Source: Candidatus Bruticola sp. (GTDB taxonomy: Bacteria > Vulcanimicrobiota > Xenobia > Xenobiales > Xenobiaceae). From it: a stretch of 64,000 nt of DNA. The notes under the pieces are model-generated. The model did not search any database and was not told where the DNA came from. It saw nothing but the letters and a program-made list of their open reading frames with translations. A program made the position numbers and the translations under genes. The stretch spans positions 91,452-155,451 of the forward strand of contig JBJEGD010000026.1 of the NCBI GenBank assembly GCA_051874735.1, read 5' to 3'. Of this stretch, positions 51,753 to 61,211 are shown one piece after another (position 1 is the stretch's first letter; each line of letters opens with the position of its first letter).

Positions 51753-52538
51753 ATGGCTATCAAGGCTGAAGGTCTAGTCAAAATATATAAAGACCGCCGT
51801 GTTGTAGACGGAGTTAATTTTGAAGTTGGTCCAGGAGAAGTGGTTGGCCTTTTGGGGGCTAACGGAGCTGGTAAAACTACAACTTTTTATATGGTAGTGG
51901 GGCTTATACGTCCTGATGGAGGAAAAATTTTTCTTAACGGTAGCGATGTTACCTCTTTGCCCATGCATATAAGAGCCAGGATGGGTATAGGGTATCTACC
52001 TCAAGAAGCTTCTGCATTTCGCAAACTTACTGTAGAAGATAATCTGCGCCTTTTATGGCAAATTAATGGAGTACCTCCTAAGGAACAGGCTGAGCGTTTA
52101 GAAAAGCTGCTGGATGAGTACCAGCTGCATAAAGTCCGCCACAGTCGAGCTATAGAACTTTCCGGAGGTGAACGTCGACGTCTAGAAATAGCCAGATCGT
52201 TGGCCATTAAACCTCAATACCTCCTTTTAGATGAACCTTTCTCTGGTGTCGATCCTATAGCGGTAGCTTCTATTCAAAAAATTATTCGCAGTGTAAAAGC
52301 TCAGGGGCTGGGAGTTTTAATTACTGACCACAATGTAAGAGAAACTTTAGCCATTACCGACAGAGCGTATATTATTCGTGAAGGCAGGATATTAGTATCT
52401 GGTAGCGCTGTGGAGCTGGCTAATAATTCTGATGCGCGCAAGTACTATTTGGGAGAAGCTTACCGGACCGGATTTGAAAATGAGCAGACAGCTGCAGAAG
52501 TGGATAAAGCCATAATAGAAGAGAAGGCTGGAAGGTAA
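51753..52538 (+). CDS. lptB: LPS export ABC transporter ATP-binding protein
   Basis: Walker A GANGAGKTTTFY, signature LSGGERRRLEIARSL, Walker B LLLDEPFSGVDP and ITDHNVRETL. Confidence 0.9.
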   Translation: MAIKAEGLVKIYKDRRVVDGVNFEVGPGEVVGLLGANGAGKTTTFYMVVGLIRPDGGKIFLNGSDVTSLPMHIRARMGIGYLPQEASAFRKLTVEDNLRLLWQINGVPPKEQAERLEKLLDEYQLHKVRHSRAIELSGGERRRLEIARSLAIKPQYLLLDEPFSGVDPIAVASIQKIIRSVKAQGLGVLITDHNVRETLAITDRAYIIREGRILVSGSAVELANNSDARKYYLGEAYRTGFENEQTAAEVDKAIIEEKAGR

Positions 52539-52647
52539 AAAGAATAAACAGCTAAGAGCATCTGCTGCTTAGTTAATCTTAACAAGTAGAACTCTGATTT
52601 ATAGTCGGCTGGAAAATCCGGATTAGAAGGCAAGTAGACAGGTATTT

Positions 52648-53778
52648 ATGAAAATTCTCGATCGTTACATAATGGCGGAGATGGCCAGTCCGTTTTTATT
52701 TGGGGTTTGCGCCTTTACTTTGCTATTTTTTTCTGCTGAAACACTGATGGGCGTTGCCAAGATGATTTTAGAGTCTCAGGCTGGTGTAGGCATGGTCATT
52801 AAGTATCTTTTTAATCGCTTGCCTTATGTGCTGATCATGACTTTCCCTATGTCTGCACTGCTTTCTGCTCTTATGGCGTATGGCCGTCTTTCCGGAGATA
52901 GTGAGGTTATTGCCCTGAAAGCCGGAGGCGTTGGATTCTTTCGCATATTTTTGCCAGGTTTTTTCTTCTGTTTTTTCATATCTATGATATCATTAGCTAT
53001 TAACCAGTATTGGGTTCCGCCGGCTACTAAACAGGCTTACAACATGGTTATGAAGCTGGAGGCTCCAGACCAAATTGAACGGGCTTTAATTACATCTCCG
53101 CGTTTGCTTTCTAATGGAGACGAACAACTTGTATATGCTCATGTACTTAATGTGGGTGAGCAAACTATGAAGGGCGTTTATGTTCACTTCTTCCGCAATA
53201 ATAATCGTTTGCGCGAAATGTATGCCAAAGAGGCGCGTTGGAATGCAAAACTTCAAGTTTGGGAAGTTTTAGATATTGAAGCTCGTGATTTTAATCCTGT
53301 TACTGGCGAAGAGCGGTATGCTGTAAAAGGACAAACTGGTTGGACCGCTCTAGATAAGGGCGACTCTCCAGCCAGTCCGGATTTATTGGCTCAGCGCAAA
53401 CTTCGTCCGGAAGAAATGACCGCTCAAGAGCTATCAGCTTATCTTAATTCTTTACCTCCTATAGAAAAAACTAATCCGGAGGAGTACCGCAAACGCAATA
53501 AATATAAGGTTATGTATCATCAGAAGATATCTTTACCTATGAGCTGTTTAGTGTTCGGGGCTTTTGCTATTCCCTTAGGGCTGCGTCCGCAGAGAACTAG
53601 CACCTCCATTGGTTTCGGCCTTTCGTTGTTTTTTATTCTGCTCTATTATGTCTTTATGACTATCGGTATGATGCTGGGAGAAAACGGCACTGCTGCTCCA
53701 TGGCTGGCAGCTTGGCTTCCTAACATCATTTTTGCTGTAGTAGGGGTAAGTTTTGTAGCCGACGCCTCAAGAAAATAA
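52648..53778 (+). CDS. LptF/LptG (YjgP/YjgQ) family permease
   Basis: MKILDRYI start, six predicted TM segments with a large periplasmic loop, and a typical length. Confidence 0.85.
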   Translation: MKILDRYIMAEMASPFLFGVCAFTLLFFSAETLMGVAKMILESQAGVGMVIKYLFNRLPYVLIMTFPMSALLSALMAYGRLSGDSEVIALKAGGVGFFRIFLPGFFFCFFISMISLAINQYWVPPATKQAYNMVMKLEAPDQIERALITSPRLLSNGDEQLVYAHVLNVGEQTMKGVYVHFFRNNNRLREMYAKEARWNAKLQVWEVLDIEARDFNPVTGEERYAVKGQTGWTALDKGDSPASPDLLAQRKLRPEEMTAQELSAYLNSLPPIEKTNPEEYRKRNKYKVMYHQKISLPMSCLVFGAFAIPLGLRPQRTSTSIGFGLSLFFILLYYVFMTIGMMLGENGTAAPWLAAWLPNIIFAVVGVSFVADASRK

Positions 53779-53971
53779 GCTTGTGATGTCCAATAGCTAA
53801 ACTGTAAAAAATTATAGAAATATTTTATGTAAAAACGTTATATATTATGTAGTAACGTACAGGTATTCAAAGCCATTATAGGTTCGTTATTTTGTTTCTT
53901 ATATGTGGGCGGGAGAGGCTTTATAGGTAGGAGCAGCGCAGACAGTGGACTTTTTTTCTTGGCAAACCGTC

Positions 53972-54949
53972 ATGAGAATTGCCTTCGTATATGCTTTAGT
54001 TTCGGCTGTAGCTGCTGGCATCGCCTATCTAGCCAATCAGTTGGGAAGGCATATAGGCAAGCGCAAGATGAGTATTCTTCATTTGCGTCCTCGCCATACT
54101 TCTATTTTAATAACCACAGTTACTGGCGTAGCTATAGCTCTTATAACTCTCACTGTATTTGCCTGCCTCTCAGAACCGGTGCGCAGTTTCCTTATTGGTT
54201 TGGAAAAGTTGCGTGCTGAAGAAACTAAGCTGAGACAGAGCGTTCTGTCTTTACAGAAAACATTAGCAGAAGGCAGCTTTGTTTGGCGTATAGATGAGCC
54301 TATTGTTCATATGACTATTCCTGGAGGTTTGCCCTATGAACGCACGCGTGCAGCTGTAACCAGCCTTTTGGCTGAAGCTAATGTGCGCACTATAATGCGG
54401 AATAACTCTATCGCCGCAGAAAAAGGTGATAAGCCGATCCCAGTAAGCGATGTCCTTATTGATTACGATCCTGAACAAGTGGAAGATATAATTAGTTCCA
54501 TATCTAGTGAGCAAGGTTTTATAGGCTTGAGAGTTTTGGCTTCGCAGAATAGTCTGTACGCTCATAAAGCTCCACTTCGTTTGGAATCTTGGAAAGTTCG
54601 TAAAGTTTTTTCTGAGGGTGAAATAGTTTCGAAAAGAGAAATGGACACTCAGCAGGCTGGTTTGGAATTTCTAAAATTTATTGAAGACACCAGGCAAAAA
54701 GCGATATCTAAGGGAATGCGTCCGATTGACGGTGAATTAGGAGGCGAACTTAACAATGATGACTTTGAGCGGCTGCAAAAAGATATAAGCCGGGAAAAAG
54801 GTAGATTCGAAGTGGTAGCTGTAGCTAATCGTGATCTTTACGAAACCAGTAGCCTGGATGTACGGGTGGAAGTGCATAGTTTGGAACTGCCATCCGATTC
54901 TAAGTCATCTAACGGATTTGATAGCAGCGGAGAGGAAGCTTATTATTGA
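53972..54949 (+). CDS. DUF3084-like membrane-anchored coiled-coil protein
   Basis: ATG at 53972. It has an N-terminal TM segment, then GRHIGKRKMSILHLRPRHTS, a second TM segment and a coiled coil. As I remember it, this pattern belongs to a cyanobacteria-associated family. Confidence 0.65.
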   Translation: MRIAFVYALVSAVAAGIAYLANQLGRHIGKRKMSILHLRPRHTSILITTVTGVAIALITLTVFACLSEPVRSFLIGLEKLRAEETKLRQSVLSLQKTLAEGSFVWRIDEPIVHMTIPGGLPYERTRAAVTSLLAEANVRTIMRNNSIAAEKGDKPIPVSDVLIDYDPEQVEDIISSISSEQGFIGLRVLASQNSLYAHKAPLRLESWKVRKVFSEGEIVSKREMDTQQAGLEFLKFIEDTRQKAISKGMRPIDGELGGELNNDDFERLQKDISREKGRFEVVAVANRDLYETSSLDVRVEVHSLELPSDSKSSNGFDSSGEEAYY

Positions 54950-55347
54950 TAGTCTTATCTGTAGATCCGGGCAGCAAAAAATGTGGAATAGCTGTTGTGT
55001 CTTCTCGTGATGGGGTACTTGAACATACAGTAGTGGCTGTAGGAGCACTGAGTGAATCTTGTGCCGAATTGGGTACCCGTTACCAGTTCGATCATATCAT
55101 TGTTGGTGGTAGTACTGGTTCGTCTAATACTGTATCGGTTTTAAAGCAGACATTAAAATGTAATGTCTCTGTGGTTAATGAAGCTCACTCCACAGAAAGG
55201 GCTAAGTTGCGCTATTTTGAAGATCATCCTCCTAAAGGGCTGTGGCGTTTGATACCTTTGAGCCTGCAGGTTCCTTCCGGACTTTACGACGACTACGCGG
55301 CTATAGTTCTAGCCGAAGATTTTATCGCTTCTAATGGCGCTGGTTGA
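54946..55347 (+). CDS. RNase H-fold nuclease (YqgF/RuvX-like resolvase-type)
   Basis: TTG start follows GGAGAGGA and overlaps the upstream stop by 4 nt. The N-terminus IVLSVDPGSKKCGIAVV is typical of the fold. Confidence 0.5.
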   Translation: MIVLSVDPGSKKCGIAVVSSRDGVLEHTVVAVGALSESCAELGTRYQFDHIIVGGSTGSSNTVSVLKQTLKCNVSVVNEAHSTERAKLRYFEDHPPKGLWRLIPLSLQVPSGLYDDYAAIVLAEDFIASNGAG

Positions 55348-55413
55348 TATCTTATTTTAGAACAAAAAACGAATTGAAACTTTTCGCTTGCGGAGAGGGC
55401 GGAGTTTTTTTTA

Positions 55414-57486
55414 GTGTACAGAGGTGCTAAAGTGCATTTTAAAGAGAAAAATACGGGGTACAGTTTCTCATTTGGTTCAAAGTTTGGCAGAAGAGTGGCG
55501 TTTTTTTGTTCTCTTTTAGCCTTAGGAGGGACAGCGCAGGCTCAATCTGTCAATCCTTCCATTGATAATACCGCTAGTCCAAATTTTTATCGTCAACAAT
55601 CGGCGGTTTACGAGAAATGTGATGAACTTTTGGCCTCTGCTGAACAGCCGGAAATACAGTTGCGTGTTAATAAGAAAAACACACCTGCCGCTGTGGGAAC
55701 CCCTGAATACAATTATCAGCTGGCTAAGAAGTATTACGATGAAAAAGTTTATTATAAAGCTATTAAATTCTTTACTCAGGCGGCCGAAGGCGGTCATATT
55801 GAAGCACAGAGTTTCTTAGGAAGATGCTATTATGAAGGCAGTGGGGTTGAACGCGATTACTATAAAGCTGCAGAATGGCTTTCTAAAGCTGCCGATCAAG
55901 ATGAACACCTTGCTCAGTACTACATGGGTATGTGCTACGAAAGTGGTTTAGGGGTAGAACAAAGTTTCGATTCTGCAGTTAGTTATTATGAGAGAGCGGC
56001 GTTCGGCGGTGTCCCTGAAGCTCAAAATGCTTTGGGGCGCTACTATTACTTTGGCCGGTGGGTAGATCGCGATTATCATCAGGCTGCTGAGTGGTTTTTG
56101 AGAGCTGCAAATCAGAAGCTTCCCAATGCCATGTATAATTTAGGGGTTTGCTACGATTTAGGGCAGGGAGTAGAAAAAGACCCGCAAAAAGCTGTCGATC
56201 TTTATTTTAGAGCAGCCAACGCTGGTGAGGCCAGTGCGCAGTGCAATTTGGGCATGTGCTATAGCTCCGGATCGGGCGTAGAGAAAAATTTAAATAAGGC
56301 TTTTTTATGGTATCAGCGAGCAGCCGCTAGTGGCAATATTAAGGCTCAAAATAATTTGGGAGTATGCTACAAAAACGGTGAAGGCGTGCAGCGTAATCCG
56401 CGCGAAGCTGCCCGCCTTTTTATAGCTGCTGCTGATCAAGGTTTGGCTGGAGCTCAATATAATGCTGGTTGGTCTTATTTAAATGGTTTCGGCGTCGGAC
56501 GCGATTACAAAAAGGCTTTTGAGTATTTCTCGAATGCTGCAGCTCAAAATTATCCTAAAGCTCAGCTTCAATTAGCTAACCTTTATTATAAAGGTTGCGG
56601 TACTGAACAAGATTATACTGAGGCTGTTCGGTGGTATACTATGGCTGCTAATCACGGTATACCCTCTGCTAAGTACTATTTAGCACGTTGCTATGCTCTA
56701 GGTCAGGGTGGGACCAAAGATTTAGGTAAGGCTGTTGAATTTTACACTGAAGCTGCTGAGGGAGGCGATGGGGAAGCGCAAACTCAGTTGGGACTCTGCT
56801 ACAGAAACGGCATTGTCGTATCCCAGGATTACGCTGAAGCTGCCAAATTGTTTGAGAAAGCTGCTGCCCAAAATATACCTGAAGCTCAGGCTTATTTGGG
56901 AGTAGCCTATCTTTTGGGAGAAGGTATTCAAGCCGATTATCAAGAGGCTTATAAACTTTTATCTAAAGCGGCTGACAGAGGAAATGCTTTAGCCGACTAT
57001 GCGTTGGGTTGCATGTTCTATGAAGGGTTGGGAGTGCAGAAAAACTTTAGTAGAAGCATAAGTCATTGGAACAATGTGGCTCGCAGCGGTTATGCAGAAG
57101 CACAAAATAATTTAGGATACTGCTACTATTACGGACGGGCAAGCGAACAGAACGAGCAAAAGGCCCTGAAGTGGTGGCGTCGGGCAGCTGATCAAGGCTG
57201 GGCTAATGCTGAAAATGCCTTAGGTGTGGCTTATTTTACTGGAATAGTAGTAAACGTAAATTATCCGATTGCTCAGGAGTGGTTTAAAAAAGCGGCAGAG
57301 CACGGCGATCCTGAGGGAGAGAAGAATTTCGCCATAATGCAGGGGGCCGATTTAGAGACGATGCCTACATTGACAGATCTTGTAAATCTGAAGTTCGATT
57401 ATAGGCCTGCTTCCGAAATCGAAAAGTTTATTAAGACATATGAGGAACGGGTGAAAACAACGGAACAGACTGGAGAATCAAGTTAA
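55414..57486 (+). CDS. secreted Sel1 (SLR) repeat protein, about 15 or more repeats
   Basis: Signal peptide. The recurrent pattern A..WY.KAA.QG...AQ..LG.CY..G.GV..D runs throughout. Confidence 0.85.
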   Translation: MYRGAKVHFKEKNTGYSFSFGSKFGRRVAFFCSLLALGGTAQAQSVNPSIDNTASPNFYRQQSAVYEKCDELLASAEQPEIQLRVNKKNTPAAVGTPEYNYQLAKKYYDEKVYYKAIKFFTQAAEGGHIEAQSFLGRCYYEGSGVERDYYKAAEWLSKAADQDEHLAQYYMGMCYESGLGVEQSFDSAVSYYERAAFGGVPEAQNALGRYYYFGRWVDRDYHQAAEWFLRAANQKLPNAMYNLGVCYDLGQGVEKDPQKAVDLYFRAANAGEASAQCNLGMCYSSGSGVEKNLNKAFLWYQRAAASGNIKAQNNLGVCYKNGEGVQRNPREAARLFIAAADQGLAGAQYNAGWSYLNGFGVGRDYKKAFEYFSNAAAQNYPKAQLQLANLYYKGCGTEQDYTEAVRWYTMAANHGIPSAKYYLARCYALGQGGTKDLGKAVEFYTEAAEGGDGEAQTQLGLCYRNGIVVSQDYAEAAKLFEKAAAQNIPEAQAYLGVAYLLGEGIQADYQEAYKLLSKAADRGNALADYALGCMFYEGLGVQKNFSRSISHWNNVARSGYAEAQNNLGYCYYYGRASEQNEQKALKWWRRAADQGWANAENALGVAYFTGIVVNVNYPIAQEWFKKAAEHGDPEGEKNFAIMQGADLETMPTLTDLVNLKFDYRPASEIEKFIKTYEERVKTTEQTGESS

Positions 57487-57491
57487 AATTC

Positions 57492-58064
57492 ATGGAACAC
57501 GACTTAAGTTTATCTGAATTTGAAAAGATGCGTTTAGGATTGGTTTACGATCCCTACGATGCCGATTTATTGCGCCGTCGTCAGCGTGCTCTCAGCTTAA
57601 CTGAGCGTTTCAATGCGCTATCTCCTTTCAGCAGCAAAGATAGAGAGTTGATAGCTGCTGAGCTGTTTTCATCTATAGGAACGGAAACGTGTATTATGCC
57701 TCACTTCCATTGTGATTACGGAGAAAACATATGTTTAGGAAGCCGGTGCTATATTAATTACAATTGTGTTATGCTGGACTGTGCACCGATTTCCATAGGT
57801 GACAGTGTACTGATAGGCCCCGGGTGTGGATTGTATACGGCTGCTCATCCTTTAGAAAGCGAGTTGCGCCTTCAGGGAATTGAAACTGCTAGAGGCATCA
57901 GTATCGGCAATGGTGTGTGGCTGGGAGGAAACGTCACAGTGCTGCCTGGGGTGTCTATTGGAGAGTATTCTGTAATCGGCGCCGGGAGTGTGGTTACTAA
58001 AGATATCCCGCCTCATAGTTTAGCTTACGGAAATCCGTGTCGGGTGGTGAAAAATATACCTTAG
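57492..58064 (+). CDS. maa: maltose/galactoside-type sugar O-acetyltransferase
   Basis: N-terminal EFEKMRLGLVYDPYDADLLRRRQRA, hexapeptide repeats and GNPCRVVKNI at the end. Confidence 0.85.
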   Translation: MEHDLSLSEFEKMRLGLVYDPYDADLLRRRQRALSLTERFNALSPFSSKDRELIAAELFSSIGTETCIMPHFHCDYGENICLGSRCYINYNCVMLDCAPISIGDSVLIGPGCGLYTAAHPLESELRLQGIETARGISIGNGVWLGGNVTVLPGVSIGEYSVIGAGSVVTKDIPPHSLAYGNPCRVVKNIP

Positions 58065-58102
58065 CCCGTCCTTACACTACATTTTGTATATATATTTACT
58101 AA

Positions 58103-58137
58103 AGCCGCATTGTGTAATATGCGGCTCAATTTTTTTG
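58103..58137 (+). terminator. rho-independent terminator
   Basis: agccgcat pairs with atgcggct, then caa+T7. Confidence 0.75.
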
Positions 58138-58158
58138 TTTGAGAGAATGTAATTTATT

Positions 58159-58869
58159 ATGCTGGTTGGTTCAATTACAAATGCTATTTCCGTTATTGTA
58201 GGATCCACCTTGGGATTGCTTTTTAGTAGAGGTATACCTAAACATTTTAATAAAACTATTATGGGCGGATTGGGATTATGTTTGCTATACATAGGTATAA
58301 GCGGTTTAAGTTCAGGTAAACAGCCTCTGCTTATTATTATGTCCGTAGTTTTGGGAACTTTGACAGGGGAGGCTTTGCGTTTAAATGCACGATTAGAAAA
58401 GCTAGGAACTTTAATCGGACGTAAATTTGCTAAAAGCAGCGGGGAAGGGCGCAATTTCTCTCAAGGATTCATATCCGCTTCTTTATTTTATTGTATAGGA
58501 TCGATGGCTTTTATGGGGGCCCTGCAGGACGGATTATGCGGCGATCATAAAATACTGTTCGCAAAATCGGCTATCGACGTTACTTCTTCTGTATTTTTTG
58601 CTTCTAGTATGGGAGCGGGAGTGGCTTTATCTGCCTTGCCTATTTTTCTGGTTGAGGGAGGAATCGCTGCCGGCGCAAGATTGGCAGCTCCATTTTTAAC
58701 CACTGCAGCTATCGGAGAATTAAATTGTGTAGGATCGGTAATAGTGATCGGTATAGGGTTAAATATGCTAGATATTACTAAGCTAAAGATGGCTAACTAC
58801 ATTCCCGCTGTGTTTTTTCCATTTGTACTGATGCCTATTTTCAATTATGTTTCTACTCTGTTCCAATAA
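58159..58869 (+). CDS. DUF554-family membrane protein
   Basis: MLVGSITNAISVIVGSTLGLLF start and a multi-TM, Gly-rich profile typical of the family. Confidence 0.8.
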   Translation: MLVGSITNAISVIVGSTLGLLFSRGIPKHFNKTIMGGLGLCLLYIGISGLSSGKQPLLIIMSVVLGTLTGEALRLNARLEKLGTLIGRKFAKSSGEGRNFSQGFISASLFYCIGSMAFMGALQDGLCGDHKILFAKSAIDVTSSVFFASSMGAGVALSALPIFLVEGGIAAGARLAAPFLTTAAIGELNCVGSVIVIGIGLNMLDITKLKMANYIPAVFFPFVLMPIFNYVSTLFQ

Positions 58870-59079
58870 AAAAGGGAAGGAACTAAAATCCTTTTTTTTT
58901 GATTAGTTTTCCTTCTTTAGGTTGACTTCTGACTGGACTGTGGTGATAATTGAAGCAAGGAATTAGAAGGGTTGGCGGAACTCAATCGAGTGTTGAAGCC
59001 AACTCGGAGGTGGCTGCGCTGCTTAGTGAGTCGCTGTAAGGGTGGCGTTGGCTTAAGTCTTCAGATGGTTGAGGGTCAG

Positions 59080-60177
59080 ATGATTTCACAGCAAGTTAAT
59101 AATGGTATTAGTATTCAGTCCCTGCAGAGTGGGCAGGTTTCTTTCCAGGGAAAAACTGGAGTAACTCAGGCTTTGTCCGGTATCAGCAAGGGGTTGGTAG
59201 GTGCAGAGTCTGCATCAGCTTCTACCGGATCTAATTCCAGCGCCAGTTTAGAGGCCACAAGTAGTGTATCTAACTTGCTTGGAGTGAATTCTTCCGATAC
59301 GGCTTCTTCTACTGACAACATAACTAGAGCTAATGAGAACAGGCAGGCTAACAGTTTTAATCCGTTAGATCCAGAAGGCAATGCCAATCGTGATATCGAC
59401 GGTAGTTTCAGCGGTATTTCCGACTATTCTAGAGATTGGTTAGAGAGCGTGTTCAGCGTCTATCGCGATGAAAACAGCGGCCAGTCAGTAGCGCTTCAGA
59501 ATTATTTAAACAGTTGCAACAGCGTTTTGAGCGATTTCGTGCCTACGAAGGTCGATCTGTTCTCCCAGCAGTATCAGAATTTGACTGGTATCAAACCTGG
59601 AAACGGCTTCGATCCTAGTGTTTCGTCGCAGAGTTGTCCTATGTGTGGAAGCTCCTTATCTAATTCTAAGCCCGGTTCGGTAGCCTACTTCCAGTCTACC
59701 GCTCCCACTTTTAGCAATGTAGAAATGTTTTTACCTCCTGCGGGTAGTTTCGGCTCTAAGAATATCGTGAATGGCGATTTGGATGTTTTTGGAGCTAATT
59801 CTATCGCTTATGAGGGGTTGGCTTCCCTCTATCAGAACAGTTTTACTAATATAAATAATCAAAGTGGCGGCGTATCAGAAAGCATTCCTGGTTTCGATGC
59901 ATCTGCTTATATGCAGCAGATTCAAGATATGTACGGTGAGGGGTATACCTCTATGGCCTCCGATTATATGGAGGCTTGCGGTTTGAGCAGTATTTCAACT
60001 GACGACATCAACGCTTATATGCAAGAGGTTCGAACTGCAGCTATGTCTACTAGTCAGCTGGTTGAGAAGTATAATGCTCAGATGACCGACGGTATACTTT
60101 CCGACTCTGAGCTGCAGGCCATGTATGAAAAGGCTGTTTCCGCCAACGGTGTCTTTGCTAGTTCGTTCTTAGCCTAG
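59080..60177 (+). CDS. Ser/Asn/Gln-rich hypothetical protein
   Basis: I chose the ATG at 59080, which lies 4 nt after GAGGG. The track start at 58972 is TTG with a basic, Cys-containing leader. There is no signal peptide and no recognised family. Confidence 0.55.
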   Translation: MISQQVNNGISIQSLQSGQVSFQGKTGVTQALSGISKGLVGAESASASTGSNSSASLEATSSVSNLLGVNSSDTASSTDNITRANENRQANSFNPLDPEGNANRDIDGSFSGISDYSRDWLESVFSVYRDENSGQSVALQNYLNSCNSVLSDFVPTKVDLFSQQYQNLTGIKPGNGFDPSVSSQSCPMCGSSLSNSKPGSVAYFQSTAPTFSNVEMFLPPAGSFGSKNIVNGDLDVFGANSIAYEGLASLYQNSFTNINNQSGGVSESIPGFDASAYMQQIQDMYGEGYTSMASDYMEACGLSSISTDDINAYMQEVRTAAMSTSQLVEKYNAQMTDGILSDSELQAMYEKAVSANGVFASSFLA

Positions 60178-60219
60178 TTTATTGTAATATTAACTCTGAG
60201 CATAGTTCAGATTCATGAT

Positions 60220-60271
60220 GGCCCGTCTAACCACTAGGCAGTATTCACCTACAAAAGACGGGCCGTTTTTT
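60220..60271 (+). terminator. rho-independent terminator
   Basis: ggcccgtct pairs with agacgggcc, then g+T6. Confidence 0.7.
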
Positions 60272-60286
60272 GTGCTCTGCCAAAAT

Positions 60287-60967
60287 TTATTGGTTGTTAT
60301 TGGGAGATTCAAATTTTAAGCAGCACATAAGGCGTCCGCAGGCTCCAGATACTTTACCCGGCGCAAGAGGCATCTTTTGATTTTTAGCCATTTTTATTGA
60401 GACTGAAGAAAAATCGCGCAGCCAGGATGAACAGCACAAACGACGACAGCATACCCCGCGTCCCCCTACTAAAATAGCCCTGTCTCGCGGACCTATCTGG
60501 CGCAATTCGACTCTTTTTTTTAATCGGGCTGCTAAATCATGGACTAAAACTCGGAAATCTATCCTTTGCTCTGCGTAAAATTCTATAATTATGCGAGTTC
60601 CGTCTAAGGTAATGTAAGCAGATAAAATATTCATAGGCAGATTGTGGTAAATAACTCTAGCTTTAATAATTTTTAAAGCCTGAGCTGCCTGCAGTTCTTG
60701 TTCTTTAGCTAAAACTATGTTTTCTTTGGAAGCTGCTCCAATTATGAGGCTGGGAGTGCTATGTTTATTTGTGTTGCTCAGTGTTTCTACTTTATTGGGC
60801 GAACTGTTAGCATAAACTGGCGGAGCAGCAGAAATTGTGCCTAGTTCTTTACCACGAGCACTTTCTGTGACAACTTTTTGATTTGGTTGGTAATCAGCCC
60901 CATCTATAGCTTCGAAAAAAGTCGGAGCTTTTATGGCAGGTAAAATAACTTCATAATATTTTTTCAT
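60287..60967 (-). CDS. ricT: PSP1-domain protein (YaaT/RicT-like)
   Basis: GGRGVCCRRLCCSSWLRDFSSVSIKMAKNQKMPLAPGKVSGACGRLMCCLKFE matches the conserved Cys-rich PSP1 core. Confidence 0.8.
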   Translation of the reverse strand: MKKYYEVILPAIKAPTFFEAIDGADYQPNQKVVTESARGKELGTISAAPPVYANSSPNKVETLSNTNKHSTPSLIIGAASKENIVLAKEQELQAAQALKIIKARVIYHNLPMNILSAYITLDGTRIIIEFYAEQRIDFRVLVHDLAARLKKRVELRQIGPRDRAILVGGRGVCCRRLCCSSWLRDFSSVSIKMAKNQKMPLAPGKVSGACGRLMCCLKFESPNNNQ

Positions 60968-61211
60968 AGTCAGAACTTTCGTTAAGCTTCTTATTAATTT
61001 CTGCTGTCAGCCGACAGGGGCGGTGACTAAAAATAATATATTCACTTTTTTAAGTTACAGCTAATTATATTATACAATTCTTCCGTTTTCGTGTTTCAGG
61101 TAGCCGCTGATAGTTAAAGTTTTTGCCTTAGGGCAGGGCCGCAGGGAGAGTAAGCTAGAACTATAAGCGCTGCTGAAAAATTGTTAGTATATTTGACGGA
61201 GGTTATATTTT

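Noticed and set aside
53905-54219. 104-aa ORF overlapping the start of the DUF3084-like gene
   Set aside because: It is out of frame with a better-supported gene that has TM helices and a conserved LRPRHT motif. It has a Cys/Ser/Tyr-rich composition and a GTG start with no RBS.
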